From positions 17,546,001 to 17,610,000 of the forward strand of contig JBHGNT010000002.1 of NCBI GenBank assembly GCA_043228905.1: a stretch of 64,000 bases of DNA, given 5' to 3'. This stretch comes from Azolla caroliniana (lineage: Eukaryota; Plantae; Polypodiophyta). Numbering within the stretch: position 1 is the stretch's first letter; each line of letters begins with the position of its first letter. The translations under genes were made by a program, and so were the position numbers. The notes under the pieces are model-generated. The model was not told the DNA's origin. It worked only from the letters and a program-made list of their open reading frames with translations, and ran no database searches. Of the stretch, positions 1-13,587 are shown piece by piece.

Positions 1-530
1 TGTATTGGATCATAGACGGAATTAACGGGATGTATCAGCTCGGTACCTTAGCTGGAGAAGTGATGCCGAAGTGGGTCACCGGGTTCCAAGTGAAAGTATA
101 TCTCAGGTCGACACCCCCGAAACCGGGTTCCCTTCTATCCACTGAATCTCGCCAAACTCCTAGAGGCATTACAACAATCGAAGAACTGTGAATGCAAACT
201 CCAGCAGCAAGTCAAAACGATCTTACAAGAGAAAACCGAGGAGTTCGACTCAGCATATCGGGCGAAAGAGGAGTCGGCAGAAGCACTAAATCGTGGTTGG
301 AATGAGTGGTCAACACAAGCAGCCGAACCAGAGATATTCAGAACGGATCAAGAAAACCGCCGAAAAGAAGGCCAAGGATTCTACAAAATGGACGAGAACA
401 GCATGAAACGGCTCCGAGAGAACACAATGTTGGTTACTAGTCCCAAGTAACCGGATCAAGGTATTGTGGTACGAAGGGGGGGTAGGTTCCAGGATGTCTG
501 GCCGACATTGTACTCAATTGGATTCGGGAC
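1..530 (+). mobile_element. 3' fragment of a non-chromovirus Gypsy element (integrase C-terminus, remnant extra ORF, G-rich tract, possible LTR start)
   Basis: Reads YWIIDGINGMYQLGTLAGEVMPKWVTGFQVKVY, typical of the region after the integrase GPY/F motif. It then reads WSTQAAE...ENRRKEGQGFYKMDE, similar to ORF 46239..47033 (WATQATE...ENRRKDGRGFYKLNE). G-run at ~475-482 and TG at 495. Confidence 0.65.
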
Positions 531-544
531 GTGGGGTAACTCTA

Positions 545-1450
545 TGCAGATTCTCTAATTGTTCCATTAACGGTTGATTCACTAACTAATTATAAATTTT
601 TCTCGATACCTAGAACATAGTGGACGTTGGGAGTATTTATCAACCTTGTTTGATAAATGGAAAGGTGCACGTCTCCTTTTCCAATTGCGGCTTTTGTGTC
701 ATTGTCTCCAAATCGAACTTCTAAGGCTTGTGGAAGAGTTTAATAATTGTGGAGCAAGGTCTTGTTGTGAGTAAGATGGTGTATTGCACCTGTGTCAAGA
801 TACTAAAGATTTGAAGCATTCACCGATTTTCTCTTAACTGCCATATACCATTCTACTTTGTTTGATCCACGTTCATCTTTTGTTTGTGTTACTTCTATCT
901 CACATATGAATGCTTGTATAAAACTTGTCTCTTTATTCATATTCTTTGGTATTAGATTGTAATGACACATTGTTTGCTTGTGGAATGAATCTTCTACCTT
1001 TTCCCTTTTGGTCTTATTGTTTCTATCGACACTCACGTACAATATGACTCAATTTGTTACAATATGTATAAATAAGTGTAGACATGATGATGATTGCTCC
1101 AACTCCTTGAGGAAGGCTTACTCTTTGGATGACATTTCTGGAATGTGTTCAGCTTGTCGTAATTGCTTTTGTAAGAACTGCCTTTGCAATGGTGTCTCAT
1201 GCATGTTACCATTGCTATGTGACATGTGTCTATTTGACCATTTGGGTTCTTTCTTCAAAGTTCATCTTGGTTGATTTTTGCAATCAAGGTTCGGAGATTG
1301 AGATACTTCTCATTGCTATGGAGATACTTCCATGATTCAGGCAAATAACCCATTAGTATTTCACATTGTTGTTGTATCATCAATAATGTTACTTGCTGAG
1401 ATTGCTACATCTAGTTATCTTTGTCAATTGCTTATCAAGGTGTCCAATGG
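545..1450 (-). pseudogene. Highly degenerate Ty1/Copia gag-protease relic
   Basis: Minus-strand translation gives *YLDTGAIHHLT...EVRFGDN...IGKGDV...PNVHYV (Copia protease pattern) with many stops. Confidence 0.65.
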
Positions 1451-3593
1451 TTCTCTAGATTGTTCCTATCAATCTAATGTGATGTATGTTGCTTATTTAT
1501 TCATATAAATCGCTATGATACTATGTGAGAATTAAACAAAAGAGAGAAGAAACATAGAAGTGAGTGAGAGAGAGAGAGCAAAAGTATGTAATGTCTATTC
1601 TTGTTGTAATGTTATATATGTTTTGTTATGTGTTATATTGGAGGTTACAAAATATGCACTTCTTCATAGAAAATGATATGAAGGAGTACATTTATCTCCT
1701 AACAGTAAAATACTAAAATAGGTGATACTAAAACATTTAAATACATTATAGTTAAGCTAACATGTTGTATGTATAGCATGCATTATCAATAACAAGTAAA
1801 ACAATCCTCTTTGGTGCATCTAGTTGTATAGGCTAGTATATATTTGAGCTATTATTTCAGTTTGGCATTACAATCTAAATACTACATCTATGGAGATGGA
1901 ATTAAGATATTAGTGCTTTTACTAGAACGGAAGATTTGGTGAAGTTTTAAAAAAATCATCTTCCACATTTTCATGAAGATTTTATGCATGAAAAATATGA
2001 GAAATATTATTCCAATACGTCCATTCATGTCAGTTATACCATCTCTTGTGCTATATCAAACCCATAATTATCAAATGCATCATTGCTTAATTGAATTGTA
2101 ATTTGATGAATTTTCAAAGCTGACAGAATAGCCCTTTTGTTCCGTCTAGATGATGACGCGATGGAGGGGAGTTGCAAAGCTGTTTGTCCTAAGCTATACA
2201 CCTATAGTCAAAACACAATGCAGAATATTTCACTCACATGGCAAAAAGGCTTTATTTTGGACATCAACCATGCGAACAATATATTAATCTATTAAAATTA
2301 CTTCCATTAAAACTCTACATTGGTAAGGTGAGTTCCAAACCAATTTTGGTAACCAACTTGGACTCGAATTGTGAGTAATTTTACGTTTCAGTGTTGGGTT
2401 AAACAATATATCATCTGCCTATAATGATATAGTTTTGTTACATTGCATATTGTCCCTTGAATTACTATACCAATCATTTCAGGTAATAAATTGAATTTCT
2501 ATACCAATACATTTTACACTATATTCTATACTCTTAAGATTAGCACGTCTGCATTGCTTATTTACATCAATGTATGTTAGAAACACAAGGAAGTGGTAGG
2601 CGAACTTAGTCATTTGAGATCCATTCATGAACTCATTGATTCGAGATCCATTCATGACTGCCTCATTCATGAGTAAAGGATGGAAAACTGGTGCATTACT
2701 CATGTAGAATATAGTTTGCCACTCACATTCAATGTTTTTGAAGTTTAGTATATATAGGGCTCTATAGACAAACGAATGGATAGATGGATGTTTGTGAACT
2801 CTCACCTCCATTGTCAGCTACGCATGTAGTATTCGTAAGTTCTTGTCTTTGTTGGCCAACTTACTTTATGTTTGTACATACGATATGTTTGTTTTACACA
2901 TACGACATGTTTCTTTGTCTAGTCATTGCTAATTTAGTGCAATTCGTTAATGATATATATTAAGAAGGGGTGTAGCACTAAAGAGAACACCTACAAGGTT
3001 GAGCATATATGTGTATTAAAACTTGGTGCTTTGAGGTATAAATATCCCTTCATAAGAAGAAGACAAACATTGAGAAAACTTTTGTACTTAGGTTCTATAG
3101 GTCAATATTAGCCTTTGTATGGATGCTAAAAATATCTATCATTCTATCATAACATCCATATCATGTTTTCATGCTTTGTTGAGTCCTTACATGATAAGAG
3201 CACAACATAATCTTGTATATGATAAGAAAGAGATGAAAAGAAAAATGCACATCAAACCTTGTTTCAAGTAGTAAGTATGATATTGTTAAAATATTATTTA
3301 TATTAGAATTACTAGATATTAATTTTAATAACAAATTGCTAAATAAAAAAGAGATAAAATAATGTAACAGACTATGCTTGTGTCTCTTGTCCACAATGAC
3401 AGTTAAAACACATTCATGTGAGATTTGGTCACAATGAACACTACCACTACAAACTTCAGTATGATCTCTTCTACCTATAAAATGTAAAACCAATCATGAT
3501 CATAATGTACTCTCATATGTTATCATCACATTAAGCTATATATATATATACACAATTTTTATACTTTGTTAGGTAGTACTTTAAATCCCGATG

Positions 3594-4100
3594 TGGTATC
3601 AAGAAGATCAAATTGGAAGATCTATGAAGATGGATTCACACAAGTTCAACAAACAAAACAATGTCAATATGAATGAAGTTTATCACGGAGGAACTCAATG
3701 ACAAGTACTATAGAACATCAAAATTAAGGATGAGCTCAATCCTCGAAAGAGCACAATTAATGGACATTGTGAAAGGTTTAATACCACAACCTATAACCAT
3801 TCCAAAATTGATAGAATGGAAAAATAAATATTTAGATGCATGCGTGGAATTGGTTATGCATCTAATTGATGAACAAATAGATCTAGTACAAGAAATGGAA
3901 AGTTAACATGAAAAGAATTATGGGATACCTTGAAGGAATGCCAAGATCCATTAGGGACAACAACAAAGATTAATTCCTTGAGACATCGTCACATTGGAAT
4001 GAAAATTTTGAAGTAATTGATACATTCGTAAGAAAATGGCAATTTCAAACAAGCAATATCAACAGATAATAAAATTGATGAAGATATCTCTAGACAAAGT
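3594..4100 (+). pseudogene. gag: Degenerate Copia PBS and gag N-terminus
   Basis: TGGTATCAAG at 3594 (Met-PBS-like), followed by ORF 3673..3906 EELNDKYYRTSKLRMSSILE..LMDIVKG..P.P..EWK, the usual Copia gag start pattern. Confidence 0.6.
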
Positions 4101-4295
4101 AAATGTTTGTGATGGTAATTTTGGATTTATGATTGATTGGCAAATAAATGGTAGCTTTTTAAAATGCAAGCTTGGTTCCATTATCGCCAAAGGGTTGTCG
4201 TGACGTCTACATCACATGTGCATGAACAAGCAACAAGCCTCTATTTGCAAGTGGTTATGGAGGAGGCAAAAAATGCTTTATGAGGATTGTTTTTG

Positions 4296-4297
<2 letters not shown>

Positions 4298-4348
<51 letters not shown>
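4298..4348. repeat. (CA)n microsatellite
   Basis: Perfect CA run seen directly. Confidence 0.98.
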
Positions 4349-4350
<2 letters not shown>

Positions 4351-4639
4351 AACTTGCATGTATTTACTTTTAAGAACTTACACAAAAAAGTTTAACGATT
4401 AAACCGCATTTCTTGAAGTTTTGATCCACGTTGCTCTTTTATTCTCCCGACACATATACATTGTTTTGTTTTTGTCTCTTTCCTTCTTTCTCCTCTCCCC
4501 CTTTTACATAAGATGAAAGACCCTTTATATAGGATCTCACATGACATGTTAAGGGTTAAGAGCATGTCACTAGTTAGTGATATTTACATTCCTTTCAAAA
4601 GGAAGGGTATTGAGTTCAAAGCCCAATCTTTGCTCTTAA

Positions 4640-5052
4640 CACCGGCTCATTTGAAACAGGTAATATGTCGCATTTTAAGAACTGTCCGTCCAAAAAAGGC
4701 ACAAAGTAGGTCGTTTCACAAAAAGGGGTATCGCATGCGTAACGGTTTTTGAAAATTGAATCAAAATATATTGATTTATACCATGTCCAAAAATTTGGGG
4801 CTTTCCAAAAATGCCTAAATAATCGACATGGGAAACTTACAAAAGAATGTACAAAATTTACAAAAGGACTACCACCTATATTTATACATATTTGTGAATC
4901 ACCATCTTGATGTAAAATACAATATTTACATTTTTATATATCAAAACTATCACTTCCCAAAACTACGTGTTCCCCTACAAACCCATCCGATGAACTAGAA
5001 GAGCTTTGTGAGTTCTCATCCTCATCGTCACTAGCAACCAATGCATTGTCTT
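4640..5052 (-). mobile_element. 3' end and downstream region of an unclassified transposon-like gene (piece 3 of the split gene)
   Basis: Minus strand from 5052 reads KDNALVASDDEDENSQSSSSSSDGF, like EDNALIGTSEDES in ORF 6978..7175. It continues the reading at 21700-21834 across the Copia A TSD. The left boundary is uncertain. Confidence 0.55.
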
Positions 5053-5492
5053 TGTGGAGTGGACAAGCTCAACCGGATCTGGATCGGTTGAATAAGCCGG
5101 AGCCGGATCGATATCCAGAACGGTATCCGGAACGGAGAATCGAATTGGTATCTGGAACCAAGAGCCAGATCGTATTGTAACTGGTAGGCCGTTAGAGGGC
5201 TATGATCTTAGCCTAGTCCGTAGGCATATTTCTTGGAGTTAGTGTCAGTCACTTGTATGAGCATTGAAGCACATGTCAATACTTATGTCAGTCCTTTTAT
5301 GGACTTGTATAAAAGTGCTCTCTGAGCAAATTGTATGTATAGAGTGAATTCAGTTTATGTTGTCCTGCTCTCTCTGTCTCTCTTGTGCACTCTCTGTGTG
5401 TGATTAAGCTTTCCATTAAATTTGTGTTTATTCTCTGTTGCTATCTGATGAAGCTGCTTTTGTCTACAAGCTTCCACATGTAATTCTTTTCA
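5053..5492 (+). repeat. 5' LTR of Copia A
   Basis: TG...CA ends, TATAAAA at ~5308, directly followed by the PBS; clearly similar to 21326-21699. Confidence 0.9.
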
Positions 5493-5504
5493 TGGTATTA
5501 GAGC
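5493..5504 (+). promoter_or_regulatory. PBS (initiator tRNA-Met), Copia A
   Basis: TGGTATTAGAGC, one mismatch to TGGTATCAGAGC. Confidence 0.9.
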
Positions 5505-5604
5505 GCGAGGTTTGAGAACCTCTACTGCCGACAAGTGATTCCGTAGACGAATCCTAACTTTCGGAAAAGCATAGACTGAAAAGAAAAGAAATGGACCTAG
5601 AGGA

Positions 5605-6610
5605 ATGACAAGCTCGCTCCCGATAGAGAAGCTCGATAGAAGCAATTATGCATCTTGGTCTTACAAGATGCACCAGTACTTGCTTGGCCATGGTTACTGG
5701 AGCTATGTCGAGGGAGCGAATGAATTAGTGGGATACAAGGACTTCTCGGCATGGGAACAAGGAGTGAGTAGAGGGTTGTACTGTCTCGGGTCCTATGTGC
5801 ACGACCAAATGCTCGTCTACATGAACGATGAAAAACGTCGAAAGAAGGTTGGGAGAATTTGAAGAGGATTTTCGTGGCAAGCACAACGGCCCAGAAGTTG
5901 CAGCTCCGACAAGAGCTCAACAATATCTGACTGAGGAAAATGTTGGTTACCGACTACACCACCAAGATAAAGGAGATCTGCGACGTGATATTGAACGAAG
6001 ACGAAATGGTTCAGATTTGCCTCGGTGGTTTAACACAACGATACGAGCCAATACGAACGACGATCTGCACCCATGAGAAACCACCGTCCTTCTTTGACTT
6101 ACAATCGATGCTGATGGTTGAAGAAAAACACGTGAGTGGCTTGAGGACCACTCACTCGAACAACCGTATGTTGTACATGAGGGTGGATCGGCCCCGTGGG
6201 CATGGAGGACGAGGTGGTTCGGCACACAATAGCGGCGGCCGGCAAGAGCAAAACCGTAGGCACAGAGATAGTGTCGGCAATAGTTCCGGACCCTCCACAA
6301 GCAAGGGCAGTTAGAGCGGCGCCAGAAATTGGCAAGGAAAAGCCGAGACGGAATGTTGGTAATGGGGCAAGAAAGGCCACCAAGAAAGTGAGTGCTGGAA
6401 GAAGCATGCCAATTCAAATAAATCCGGATCCGGCCAGACTGGACAAGGGAGCCGACAAAAATCGCACCATGTAGAAGGATCAAAAGGATCCGGAATCGGA
6501 AAGACTGGAAAAGGGCCAACCTTTGTGATGAAGCACAAGGCAAACTCAATGAAGAAGAACACTTCCAGATCGGAGGAAGTGTGGTACGTTGACTCTGAAG
6601 CATCAAAAAC
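5605..6610 (+). pseudogene. gag: Copia A gag and start of protease (frameshifted, truncated)
   Basis: EKLDRSNYASWSYKMHQYLLG...; EMVQICLGGL; decayed zinc knuckle; VWYVDSEAS, then an abrupt break. Confidence 0.9.
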
Positions 6611-7758
6611 ACGTTCGTGTTCACAAGTGGAAGGATTGCGCATAAATGGAAGGATAAGGAATTTTTTTATTGATTTTAGTACTTTTTCAATGATTTTACA
6701 AAACACATTGATACTAGTATCATACATTCTCAAATATACTATGAAAAAGGTTAAAAATCCACTATTTTCGTGATTTAGAAAAAGAAGAAGAAGAGGAATT
6801 TCAAAAAGTTACATTCTCAATTTATATCACAAACTTTACAACCAATGTTATTTTATAAGAAACGATTTTCATAGAAATCATAAGAATTCAAAACACATGC
6901 TATTTTATATTACTCGATTTGTTACAAGCGGAATGTAGTTACATTTAATAGCCAAAAATACATTCATGATCACTCCTTTACGGAGAATCACTACGATAAC
7001 TAATATACAATAACGATTCATCCTCGGATGTACCAATCAATGCATTATCTTCATCATAAACCAAATGGTTTGACTCTAGATTATATGTAGCAGATCTCTT
7101 TGCCTTTGACTCGAGCCACCTTGTAGACCTGGTAATTCTTCTTTTATTATATCTATTGTTGACGTCCTTAATCATCCGGCTTTTGTAAGCGTGAAATCGT
7201 ACATGATGATATCTACATCAGAGATATCAAGGGTTGAGGTGTTACGAATGTTTCGCTTCCTCTTCCTACTTCCCCTTGTCGTTGGGCATTCAATCATCTC
7301 CAATGTATACTTACCCGTAAAAGCATTTGCACTTGTAATGTTGTACCAATGAACTTTTATAGACTTGATCGTGTTTTCTATTTCATGCATTAGCACTTCT
7401 AGAATTTTACCAACCCAAAATTGGTGGCCATGTGAGTTCTCATCAGCAGGCGTTGCAATCAACAACCCCGCCGCGAGCTATTGCAAATTGCCTTCCCATC
7501 TAGCTTCGGCGGCTTTGGTCATCCTTGGTCCCACATAAATATCTCTTGTTGTGGATGGACCAAACTGTCATTAATCGCATTTTCTGGTTGCTCTGGAGTT
7601 TTATTTACACGATCATGTTGTAACGACCATGTGAATGACGTTTCCAAATTCCAATTATCACCAAATACACAATTTTCTATAATTCCTTTTTGATCACTAA
7701 AAAATACATCCCACCATGACGTGTCTTGTTGTGCGGCATATTTCTTTGTGGCCTCAAC
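6611..7758 (-). pseudogene. Second copy of the unclassified transposon-like gene C-terminus and its 3' region
   Basis: ORFs 7172..7465 (GHQFWVGKILEV...IKVHWY...AFTGKYTLEM) and 6978..7175 are homologous to 28488-29030. Confidence 0.7.
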
Positions 7759-8975
7759 TATGGCCTTTCTAGCCACAATACTAGCATTCCGTGTCGGCCT
7801 TCCCGTGCTAGTTTCCGTCGCCGTTTTGACTCCCCTTGCTCGTGGGGGGTCCGGAACTGATGTTAGCACTGTCTCGGTGCCTTTGATTCTGCTCTTGTCG
7901 TCCGCCTCCATTGCCTGCCGACCCACCTCATCCTCCACGCCCACAGGTCCGGTCTGCCTCCGTGTACAACATCCGGTTATCCGGTTGAGTGGTGCTCGAC
8001 CCACTCGCGTGGTTTTCGATTGTAGATCGAAGTAGGATGGTGGCTTCTCCCGGGTGTAGATCACCGTCCAGATTGGTTCGTACCGTTGTGCTAGACCACC
8101 AAGGCAGATTTGTACCATTTTGTCTTCGTCCACCGTCACATTGATGGACCCGAGCGCATCACAAATCTCCTTTATTTTGGTGGTGTACTCTGTAACTGTC
8201 ATATCTCTCTGCCAGATGTTGTTCACCTCTTGCTGGAGCTGTAACTTAAGAGCTGTGGTACTTGCGGCGAAAATCTTCCGAAGATTTTCCCAGGCCTCCT
8301 TCGGCGTTTTTGCATCTTATGTCGCCGAGCATTTGATCGTGCACATAGGATGCGAGGCAGTACAACACTCTGCTCACTCCTTGTTCCCAAGCCGGGAAGT
8401 CCTCGTGTGACGGCTCTAGTGCTACATTCTTTGTTCCTTCCACATAGCTCCAGTAACCATGCCCCAGTAGGTATGGGTGCATTTTATATGGCCAGGATGC
8501 ATAGTTGCTCCGGTCGAGCTTTTCTGTGGGAAGCGAACTTGCCATACCTCTGTCCAACTCAGTTCTCTTCTGTTCCTCACTGGGTATTAGGGTTTGTCTT
8601 GGGAAGCGTCTGTCGGTTGCAGAGGTTCTCAACCCTCGCGATCTGATACCATGTAAAAGTTAATATGCGGAAGCGTATGACAAACCGGCTCGACCGGATA
8701 CCAATAGAACGTAGAGAGAAGAAGGTTTAATAAAGAATGCACGGGAGAGCAGAACATAAAACTCAATTCAAAACAATAACACTCTGTGTACATAGAATAT
8801 GCTCAAAGAGAAACTTTATACAAGTCCATAAAGCACTGACAGAAGTACTGACAAGTAATTCAATGCTCATACCAGCGACTGACACTGACTCCCAAAACAA
8901 TGCCTATGTACTAGGCTAGATCCATAGGCCTCCAACGGCATACCTGTTTCAATCCGATCCGGCTCCTAGTTCCAA
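7759..8975 (-). mobile_element. gag: Inverted 5' fragment of another Copia A-family copy (partial LTR 8652-8975, Met PBS 8640-8651, gag)
   Basis: Minus-strand TGGTATCAGA after ...TTTTACA; ORF MASSLPTEKLDRSNYASW is paralogous to the gag at 5605. Confidence 0.9.
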
Positions 8976-11830
8976 AGACTTCAAGATCTGCAATTAAAAT
9001 AGGGTGGTTTTCGGATTGCCAAAATTTAGTGGCCGGAAGGCCTAGATATGTGAAACCTGCGAGCTCGGAAAGCAACACTAGCTTCCATTTTCCACCGAAA
9101 GAAACCAAGGTCGTAACATGCTCGACTTGAGACATTCAGATGCATGGGGACCGACAGAAAATGTTAGTCTTGGAGGGAGCCGATATTTCCTCTCCTTCAT
9201 AGACGACTACATCTGGCACATGTGGATCTATCTCATCGAGAAGAAAAGTGAGGTCTTCGACAATTTCTGGAACCTGCAAAGTCTTATAGAATGGGAAACG
9301 GAGAGAAAGATCAAGTGTCTGCGATCGGATGGTGGAAAAGAATATTTCACCTACCAATTCAATAGTTATCTACAATAGAAAGGAATTCAGAGGGAATTCA
9401 GCTACCGATACATGCTAGAACAGAACGGCGTGGCCGAAAGTATGAACCGGTCGATTGTGGAGGCGGCAAGGGCCATGCTTGAGGAGAAGAGCATGCCCAA
9501 ATTCTACTGGGCCGAGGCGTTCCCGACGGTTGTCTACATCTAGAACCGGATCGGGGATAAGGTTTCATCCCATGAGCTATACTTTGGGCGTAAGCCAAAT
9601 TTACGACACCTTAGGGTATTCGACAACATTGCCTATGTGCATGTGTTGGATGAGAGGCGGAGAAAGTTGGACCTAAAGTCGGAGAAGTGTATCCTTTTCG
9701 GCTACTCACATGAGACAAAAGGTTATAAATGCTACAACCCCCGAACAAAACAAGTTCGAGTGAGCCGAGATGTCGAATTTGATGAGTCAACGTCATGGTA
9801 CTCTCTACTGACTCCGACCCCCAACTCCGACCCGATTCCGAAAGATGAGCCTAGTAAGCCCGAAACAATCCGGGTAGAAGATGAAGAAGGATTCGGTAAT
9901 CCAAATGACAGTCTGGTCTCATGTCGACTGAGCAAGCCGAATGAAGAGCTGAGTTGGAAGGACCAACAAGATGATGAGCTAGCAAGCAGTGAAGAGTCGA
10001 TCGTGCTTTCCCCGCGTAAGGAACTAAGAAGACAGTTCACGCGCAAAGAGAAAGGGAAGAAGAAGATGTCAGAGTACGACACCGACAAAGAAAAGTCGGA
10101 TTGGGGCGAGTCCGACTTAGAAAAGAATGAAGATGGACCTTTAGGAACGAAGTCTGAGCCGGCCAAGAGGACCTTGAAATTCGGGTAATAAGAAGTCACG
10201 CCGATCGACCCACCAAAAAAACCTTTTAAAGATGTTTGGATATAATGAGTACATGGCGCATCAGTTTGTGTACATGACCAAAGGGGCAGAAGTGCGTGAG
10301 CCAGCGTGCTACGCAGAAGCAGCAAAGACACACATTGACGTGCCACAATGGAGGAAGAGATGCAGGCACTCGATGCCAATGAGACATGGGACTTCATTGA
10401 CCCTCTCCGACATTGTAAACCGATCGGCTGCAAGTGGTTTTTCAAGGTGAAGTACAATGCTGACGGTTCGGTCAACTGATACATGGCCCGAGTAGTGGCC
10501 AAAGGATATGTGCAGACCCATGGAATCGACTACAATGAGACCTTTGCTCCAATAGTGAAGATGATGACGATGCGTGTGGTGTTAATGGTTGTTGTAGAAA
10601 GGGGGTAGAAACTTCACCAAATGGACGCGAAGAATGTGTTTCTTCAAGGTGACCTTGAAGAACAGGTTTACATGATCCAACCGCCCGGTTTTCAGTCGGA
10701 GATGAATAAGTTGGCAGTGTGCGGACTCAAGAAGTCGTTTTATGGCATGAAGCAAGCCCCCTGTGCTTGGAATTCGAAAATCACCCACCGGTTGCGATAG
10801 ATGGGGTTTGCGGCCTCTAAGTCCGACTCATCCCCCTATTCATCCGGAAAGGTCCCTGTATCTTGCTATATGTGGATGATCTAGTCATCACCGGACCTGG
10901 ACTCGCTAAAATCGGTCGAGTGAAGTCCCAACTCTCAGATGCATTGGAAATGAAGGACCTGGGGGACCTTCATTACTTCCTTGGGTTCGAGGTGATCCAT
11001 AAGCCTGAAGGCATATTGTTATCTCAGTGACATTATGTGGTGAATATGTTGTACAAGTTCGACATGACGGATTGCCAACCAATCTCCACACCCCTAGACT
11101 GGAACCTCAAGCTTCGTCGCGACTCTAGACCGGCCTGCAATGAGAAACGGTTCCAATAGATTGTCGGAAACCTTATATAATTGATAATCACTAGATCCAA
11201 CATTAGCTATCCGGTCCGAGTGATTAGTCAATTTATGCAGAAGCCGATCTTGGAGCAACTTGAGTGCACGCACCGAATATTGGGGTATGTTAGCGGCACT
11301 AAGGACCGGGGATTGTTATACCGACATGGTATAACCGAAAATCTAGTCGGATATACAAATGCCGACTAGGCCGGTGATGCGTCGGATCGCTGGTCCACTT
11401 CTGGTTTTTTGTTTTCTCTTGGTAGCGTGGTTGTTGGGTGGAGCAACAAAAAGTAGTCGATGGTGGCTTTATCGAGCATTGAGGTTGAGTATCGGGGCAC
11501 TACCATTGCCACCTGTGAAGCCATCTGGCTTCGGCGGTTGCTACAAGACCTCCAAATCGAAGTACCTACTCCAATCCCAATCTACTGCGACAACATTAGT
11601 AGCATGCATCTCGCCAAAAATCTTGTGTTCCATGCTCGGACGAAGCACATAGAAGTGCATTATCACTTTGTGCGCGAGCGAGTTCTCAATGGTGAAGTCA
11701 AACTTTGGTATGTTTGGATGGATCGACAGGTTGCCGACATCTTCACCAAGGCACTTGGAACCGACAAGTTGCAACATTTTTTGGTGATACTTGGGCTACA
11801 ACATCTCAACATGTTGCACTTGTGGTGGAG
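8970..11830 (+). pseudogene. pol: Copia A-family pol relic (integrase, RT, RNase H)
   Basis: HSDAWGP, LRSDGGKEY, LDLKSEKCI, YVDDL (10869), IYCDN, RTKHIEVHYHF and QVADIFTK motifs with many stops. Confidence 0.92.
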
Positions 11831-12392
11831 AATAAATACTAGTACGGGGAGAACTAGGATAGGAACCAGAGAGACAGGTAATGCCACCAGAGAGAAGGAA
11901 ACAACTAAAACAAGGGGAGACAAGAAGAAAATGGGAGCCAAGTGAGCTGAAGAAATCGGCACATCCAAACAAGTCGGAACAAGCGGTGACGACCGCATAG
12001 TTAAGAAGAACAAAGCCGACCAGGATGTGGTCTGACGTTGTGAAGGGCTTGAAGATGGAGGATGAGTTGGAGACAACGTTCCCAATTCGGAAGAGGCGTT
12101 TTATTCGGAGGAGCCGAATCAACTAAAGGCCAAATGGGCGAGGAGACCGCGGAAGTTGACACCGACACGGAGGAAGCGACGGGTCTAGAAGTGCCGGAGC
12201 TACAACATTTAAGGAGCTGAGATGGGCCTTATGAGTAGAGAAGCCGACCAAGAATGTCGTGGTGTGCGAGAACGGACGGGTCGTGGAAAATGGAACCAAA
12301 AGGGTCAGAGAGCACGAGCAAGGCGGGAAGATGCCAGGAGGAGCCGAGGGGAAGGACCAGTAGACACTAACACCACGATCCGACCTGAAGTT

Positions 12393-12467
12393 GAGCTTGA
12401 GGGGGTGTGTTGAACGAACAAGCTCAACAGGATCCGAATCGACTGAATAAACCGGAGCTGGATCGGT
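12393..12467 (+). repeat. PPT and first ~60 bp of an A-family 3' LTR
   Basis: GAGCTTGAGGGGGTG, then TGTTGAACGAACAAGCTCAAC at 12408, similar to the LTR start at 5053. Confidence 0.85.
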
Positions 12468-12554
12468 TGGGAATAAAGGGCCATCGTGCCTTTTTTTAGT
12501 GCACGAGTGTGAACGCACTCATAACACTCTTTTGACTTGTATATACATAATATC

Positions 12555-12604
12555 TAAAAAGCAAAAAAAGAGAGGAATAGTCTATGTACCCAAGACAATG
12601 TGCA

Positions 12605-12636
<32 letters not shown>

Positions 12637-12663
12637 TCAGACTCTCTCCCTCTTTGTTTTTGA
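12555..12663 (+). repeat. ~110-bp direct repeat, copy 1 (A-run, TGTACCCAAGACAA, (CT)n)
   Basis: Similar to 21209-21324. Confidence 0.85.
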
Positions 12664-13587
12664 CCTAAACCCTAATCCTCGTGCTGCCTTCAAACTAGTA
12701 TTTTTGATTTTTGATGCGTTGCTATTTAATATTGAAGCTTTGAACTGTGCCTATTCTATATGGACTAGACTAGAGGAACTGTATGCCTAGAAGACGGCAA
12801 CTAGAAATGTTTATTGGCGTAAGAAACTTATGGATTTGCGTATAATATAGGGGACACCCATGTCAACTCACCTGAGTGAGTTCAATTCCATTTTCAGCCA
12901 GCTTGTTGCCTTGAAATTCATCATTGATGATGAGTTTAAGGCCACATTTTTACTTTGCACCTTGCCAGAAAGTTGGGATACTTTCAAGACTGCTATGAGC
13001 AATTCAAATGCGATGCTTCTTTATGCCGATGTAGAGAGTTCTCTAGTCATGGAAGAAATGAGTCGGCAAAATAATGCATCCAATAAGTCCTCTAGTGCGT
13101 TGCATATGAGGGGTAGGTCACAACAAAGAGGCAAATCTGATAGTTATGGCCATAGTAAATCATGTGGTAAAGATGTAGAATGCCATCACTATGGCAAAAA
13201 GGGTCACTTTAAACGTGATTGTTTTAAATGGAAGAAAGAGAAAGGAAAAGGAAAGAAGATAGATGATTGCATAGAAGAAAAGAGAGACATTCAACCAAGG
13301 AAAGGCTATACTAAAATTGAAGAGGCGAATGTAGTCACTCATGATAGTGATAGTGGAAATGATGTACTCTTTGTCTCATCATGCCATAGAGAACATGCTT
13401 TACTTGCAGACACGGATGGTGACATGCACACTTGGATACTCGATTCCAGTGCTTCTTTTCACGTCACCCCTCATCGTGAGTGGTTTTCAGATTACACAGG
13501 GGGTCGACATGGTATTGTCCATCTTGGGGACAACTATGCATGTGAAATTGTAGGTATTAGCATTGTGCAATTACAGTTTCAACATGG

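Noticed and set aside
1880-2300. Exon-like minus-strand stretch
   Set aside because: Contains stops and no recognisable motif.
2560-2980. Possible old solo LTR with repeated GAGATCCATTCATGA and a TATA
   Set aside because: No partner, PBS, PPT or TSD could be identified.
4547-4560. TTAAGGGTTAA resembling a piggyBac end
   Set aside because: No matching opposite end or transposase in the window.
12663-12676. Telomere-like AAACCCTAA
   Set aside because: A single telo-box, not an interstitial telomeric array.
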